Shown in pieces: positions 61,186 through 64,000 of a stretch of DNA of 64,000 nt. Each line of letters begins with the position of its first letter. Position 1 is the stretch's first letter. Origin of the DNA: a virus. Made by a program: the position numbers and the translations under genes. The stretch covers positions 32,001 through 96,000 of IMG/VR virus record IMGVR_UViG_3300042197_002147. The stretch is one strand, 5' to 3'. The notes under the pieces were generated by a model that searched no databases, was not told the DNA's origin, and saw only the letters and a list, made by a program, of their open reading frames with translations.

Positions 61186-61539
61186 ATGACAAGAGATGAA
61201 TTATTGGCTTATCATTCGGAATTGTGTGCAGATGCAAAGGCATTAATGAGTTTAAAAAATAAAGATTATGCTGGAAACGAAGGCATAGAACCATTTGCAA
61301 ATTTTACAAGAGTAGAGGCAATGGGCATTTGCAAAACAGAACAAGGATTTATGGTCAGACTCACCGATAAGATGAGTCGTCTTTCTTCCTTTATTCGTGC
61401 AGGAAAAATGCACATAAAGGACGAATCGTTCAAAGACACTTGCATTGATGTAATCAACTATATGGTTCTTCTTGCCGCATATTTAAAAGATAAAGAGCAA
61501 TCTGACAAGAATAATATTGGTACAACAAATAAATCTTGA
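61186..61539 (+). CDS. DUF1599/Nmad1-like (nucleotide-modification-associated, all-alpha) protein
   Basis: KNKDYA...PFANF...VRLTDKMSRL...ESFKDTCIDVINY. Confidence 0.72.
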   Translation: MTRDELLAYHSELCADAKALMSLKNKDYAGNEGIEPFANFTRVEAMGICKTEQGFMVRLTDKMSRLSSFIRAGKMHIKDESFKDTCIDVINYMVLLAAYLKDKEQSDKNNIGTTNKS

Positions 61540-61545
61540 TATAAT
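61517..61545 (+). promoter_or_regulatory. Sigma70-like promoter TTGGTA-17-(TG)TATAAT, 7 nt before the gp43A ATG
   Basis: Hexamers at 61517-61522 and 61540-61545. Confidence 0.65.
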
Positions 61546-61552
61546 AACTTTC

Positions 61553-63031
61553 ATGTCTTTTTATACTAGTGTATTTTCTTATGGTAACAAAATTCTTTAC
61601 AGAGAACGAAACGAAAAGGGTTCTGTAAAGGATGAAATTTATTTCAAACCATGTCTTTATGTAAATACTGACAAAGAAACAAAGTATAAAAGCATTTATG
61701 GTAAAAGTCTTGAGCGAGTAGAATTTGAAAGCAAAGACGATTACATGAAATTTATAGAAAGATACTCCGATGTGTCTGGCTTTGAAATACATGGTGAGAT
61801 GCAGGCGGAGTATCAATTTATCAGAAACAAGTATGGAGACATAAAACCAAATTTTGATCTTCTTGATATTGCTTATATTGATATCGAAACTACTTGTGAT
61901 GTTGGTTTTCCAAAGATAAACCAACCTGAAGAAAAAATACTTGCAATTACCATCAGTAGAAAGAATGAAGAACCTGTTGTTTTTTGTCTTGGTGATTATA
62001 TTGCAAAAAATAACGAAACAGTATTTACATTTGATAATGAAGATAATCTTCTGTATAAGTTTTTAGAGCACTATTCAACAAGATGCCCAGATATCATCAG
62101 TGGATGGAATGTTAGATTTTTTGATATTCCTTATCTTTATAACAGAATGAGAATGCTTTTGGGGGAAAAAATTGCGAAGAAACTTTCGCCTTGGAACATT
62201 ATCAAGGAAAAGAAGGTTCTTCGGAAGAAAACAGGTCAGGAAGAAACTGTGTTTGAAATTGTTGGTGTTGCTACTTTGGACTATATGGAACTTTATCAAA
62301 CATTTACATATGTCAATAGAGAATCATATAGTTTAAATTACATTTCATACATAGAATTGGGGGAGAAAAAACTTGATTATACTGAATACGAGAGCATTCA
62401 AGAATTTTATCAAAAGAACTTCCAAAAGTTTATTGAATATAACATCAAAGATGTCAAATTGGTTGAACAGCTTGACGATAAGCTCCAACTGATGAAGTTG
62501 GCAGTTTCTCTTGCCTATTCTGCCGGAGTGAATTTTAATGATGTATTTTCTCAAGTAAAAACTTGGGATGTTATTATTTACAATTATCTGGCAAAAAGAA
62601 ACATTATCATTCCTTCCAAAAAGAAATCAAGAAAAGACGAACAATACATTGGTGCATATGTAAAGGAACCAATAGTTGGTATGCATAAGTGGGTTGTTTC
62701 TTTCGATCTTAATAGTCTTTATCCACATCTGATTATGCAATATAACATTTCTCCAGAAACACTTACGGCAGATGGTATGCGTGGGACAGTTTCGCCAGAT
62801 GGAGTTTTGAAAAATGGTTTAGTATCAAATGGTTATTTGAAGGAAAACAAAGAAAAAGATTTATCAACTGCCGCAAATGGTACGACATATGTAAAGAATC
62901 GCCGCGGATTTTTGCCAGATTTGATGAATGAAATGTACAAAGATCGTAAAATGTACAAATCAAAAATGATTGAGGCAGAAAAACAACTTGAGGCAGTTAA
63001 TAATGAGTTAAAGCAAAGAGGTATTGGTTGA
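61553..63031 (+). CDS. gp43: Family B DNA polymerase, N-terminal subunit (split gp43A)
   Basis: DIET (ExoI), GWNV..FDIPY (ExoII), YNIKDV (ExoIII), GAYVKEP, SFDLNSLYP (motif A), NISPET; stops in the fingers with no KxxxNSxYG or YGDTDS. Confidence 0.92.
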   Translation: MSFYTSVFSYGNKILYRERNEKGSVKDEIYFKPCLYVNTDKETKYKSIYGKSLERVEFESKDDYMKFIERYSDVSGFEIHGEMQAEYQFIRNKYGDIKPNFDLLDIAYIDIETTCDVGFPKINQPEEKILAITISRKNEEPVVFCLGDYIAKNNETVFTFDNEDNLLYKFLEHYSTRCPDIISGWNVRFFDIPYLYNRMRMLLGEKIAKKLSPWNIIKEKKVLRKKTGQEETVFEIVGVATLDYMELYQTFTYVNRESYSLNYISYIELGEKKLDYTEYESIQEFYQKNFQKFIEYNIKDVKLVEQLDDKLQLMKLAVSLAYSAGVNFNDVFSQVKTWDVIIYNYLAKRNIIIPSKKKSRKDEQYIGAYVKEPIVGMHKWVVSFDLNSLYPHLIMQYNISPETLTADGMRGTVSPDGVLKNGLVSNGYLKENKEKDLSTAANGTTYVKNRRGFLPDLMNEMYKDRKMYKSKMIEAEKQLEAVNNELKQRGIG

Positions 63032-63056
63032 CATAAATAAAATGTCGTGATATACT
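63028..63056 (+). promoter_or_regulatory. Sigma70 promoter TTGACA-17-(TG)TATACT with overlapping late-type CATAAATA
   Basis: Hexamers at 63028-63033 and 63051-63056; ATG 7 nt downstream. Confidence 0.78.
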
Positions 63057-63063
63057 TCTCTTT

Positions 63064-63615
63064 ATGGAAACGAGAAACATCATTGACCATTACCATTATT
63101 GGAACCATGATGCAATACTTGCCGATCTGGATACGAAAAGAAATAATTTTACTGTCTGCTGTTGTAATGTTGGAAACGACTTTAATATTGCAACAATTAT
63201 TCGGAACGCAAATGCCTTTCTTTCTAAAGAAGTTTGGATTTATGGCCGAAAGCAATATGACAGGCGCGGAACAGTAGGAACACACCTTTACACTAAGTTT
63301 AGGCATGTAAAGGAAATTGAAAGTCTCACTAATCAAATTGAAAATCTAAAGCAGACTTATAACTGCGTTAAAGTAATAGGAGTAGATAATGTTACTGATG
63401 GAACAAGAATTTGCTTGCCAATTGACTACTACACTTGGGATTCTGAGTGTCACCATCTCATAATTTTTGGTCAAGAACAAATTGGAATTCCAAAAGAAGT
63501 TCTTGACATTTGCGATGATGTTGTCTATATTAGACAACTCGGTTCGGTAAGAAGTTTGAATGTTGGTACTGCAAGTGGAATTGTGATGTACGATTATTGT
63601 AGTAAAGTTCTTTGA
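63064..63615 (+). CDS. SpoU/TrmH-family (SPOUT) RNA 2'-O-methyltransferase
   Basis: NIATIIRNANAF (motif 1), IFGQEQIGI (motif 2), VYI..GSVRSLNVGTASGIVMY (motif 3). Confidence 0.92.
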   Translation: METRNIIDHYHYWNHDAILADLDTKRNNFTVCCCNVGNDFNIATIIRNANAFLSKEVWIYGRKQYDRRGTVGTHLYTKFRHVKEIESLTNQIENLKQTYNCVKVIGVDNVTDGTRICLPIDYYTWDSECHHLIIFGQEQIGIPKEVLDICDDVVYIRQLGSVRSLNVGTASGIVMYDYCSKVL

Positions 63616-63622
63616 TATTTTG

Positions 63623-63705
63623 GCCTCGGTGGCGGAACAGGCAGACGCAATAGATTCAAAATCTGTCGTCCTATGGACATGAGGGTTCGATTCCCTCCTG
63701 AGGCA
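63623..63705 (+). tRNA. tRNA-Leu(CAA)
   Basis: GCCTCGG/CTGAGGC acceptor stem, ATAGA-TTCAAAA-TCTGT anticodon arm, long variable arm, GAGGG-TTCGATT-CCCTC T arm. Confidence 0.93.
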
Positions 63706-63706
63706 C

Positions 63707-63777
63707 TGCCTTGTGGTGAAATGGTATCACAGGAGACTTTGAATCTCTTTTTCTTGGTTCGAGTCCAAGCGAGGCAA
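63707..63777 (+). tRNA. tRNA-Gln(TTG)
   Basis: TGCCTTG/CGAGGCA acceptor stem, GGAGA-CTTTGAA-TCTCT anticodon arm, CTTGG-TTCGAGT-CCAAG T arm. Confidence 0.93.
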
Positions 63778-63781
63778 TTTT

Positions 63782-63855
63782 GGCGCGGTAGACCAATCGG
63801 CAGAGTCGATAGACTTAAAATCTGTGTAGTGTGGGTTCGAGTCCCACCCGCGCTA
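63782..63855 (+). tRNA. tRNA-Leu(TAA) with short variable loop
   Basis: GGCGCGG/CCGCGCT acceptor stem, ATAGA-CTTAAAA-TCTGT anticodon arm, 5-nt variable loop, GTGGG-TTCGAGT-CCCAC T arm. Confidence 0.9.
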
Positions 63856-64000
63856 TTTAAATGTACGGTGTCTGTTAAGCAGACTAGGACAATCGGCTGG
63901 CCAGCGGTTTGTCTGAAAAAACAGAGTTTGAGGTCCAATAAACGGGTAAGCGAGGGTCGTAGACCTCACCTCATACGGTTGAATGGATGCAAGTTCCTCG

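Noticed and set aside
63029-63040. Stop-codon reassignment or readthrough to explain the short gp43
   Set aside because: A second stop follows two codons later, other core genes are intact in code 11, and no suppressor tRNA is seen
63047-63277. Alternative 76-aa ORF as a frameshifted polymerase continuation
   Set aside because: It has no PolB motifs and overlaps the well-supported SPOUT gene and its promoter
63594-63938. 114-aa minus-strand ORF
   Set aside because: It is the antisense read of the tRNA cluster
63940-64000. tRNA-Met/Ile(CAT) around CTCATAC
   Set aside because: The anticodon stem does not pair for a 7-nt loop and the sequence is truncated; kept only as a possible ncRNA

Overview
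A 64-kb, AT-rich segment of a large T4-like (T4 supergroup, cyanophage-like gene order) myophage genome, with essentially all genes on the + strand and the standard genetic code. Left to right: Cys-rich/Ig-repeat putative virion proteins (one of 2998 aa); the gp13-gp23 head/neck/tail module; gp3-uvsY-uvsW; gp55-gp47-[SET]-gp46-[PLP enzyme]-[DNA MTase-fold]; rnh; gp45-gp44-gp62-regA. A ~22-kb interval follows between regA and gp43, holding a 13-gene glycan-synthesis island, tail-fibre/collagen genes and dut-MTase-DUF1599. The window ends with the N-terminal half of a split DNA polymerase (gp43A), a SPOUT 2'-O-methyltransferase and a tRNA cluster (Leu-CAA, Gln-TTG, Leu-TAA). Best leads: (1) a SPOUT methyltransferase co-transcribed with tRNAs, a possible tRNA-armouring unit; (2) a translationally coupled PLP enzyme + SAM-fold enzyme, a candidate new DNA hypermodification; (3) a GT2-TPR and glycan island next to Thr-rich collagen fibres, a candidate virion glycosylation system; (4) systematic leaderless early genes, and late promoters placed inside RBS-sequestering hairpins; (5) a phage SET-domain protein; (6) the split gp43. 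All annotations come from motif recognition and synteny by eye; no searches were run.
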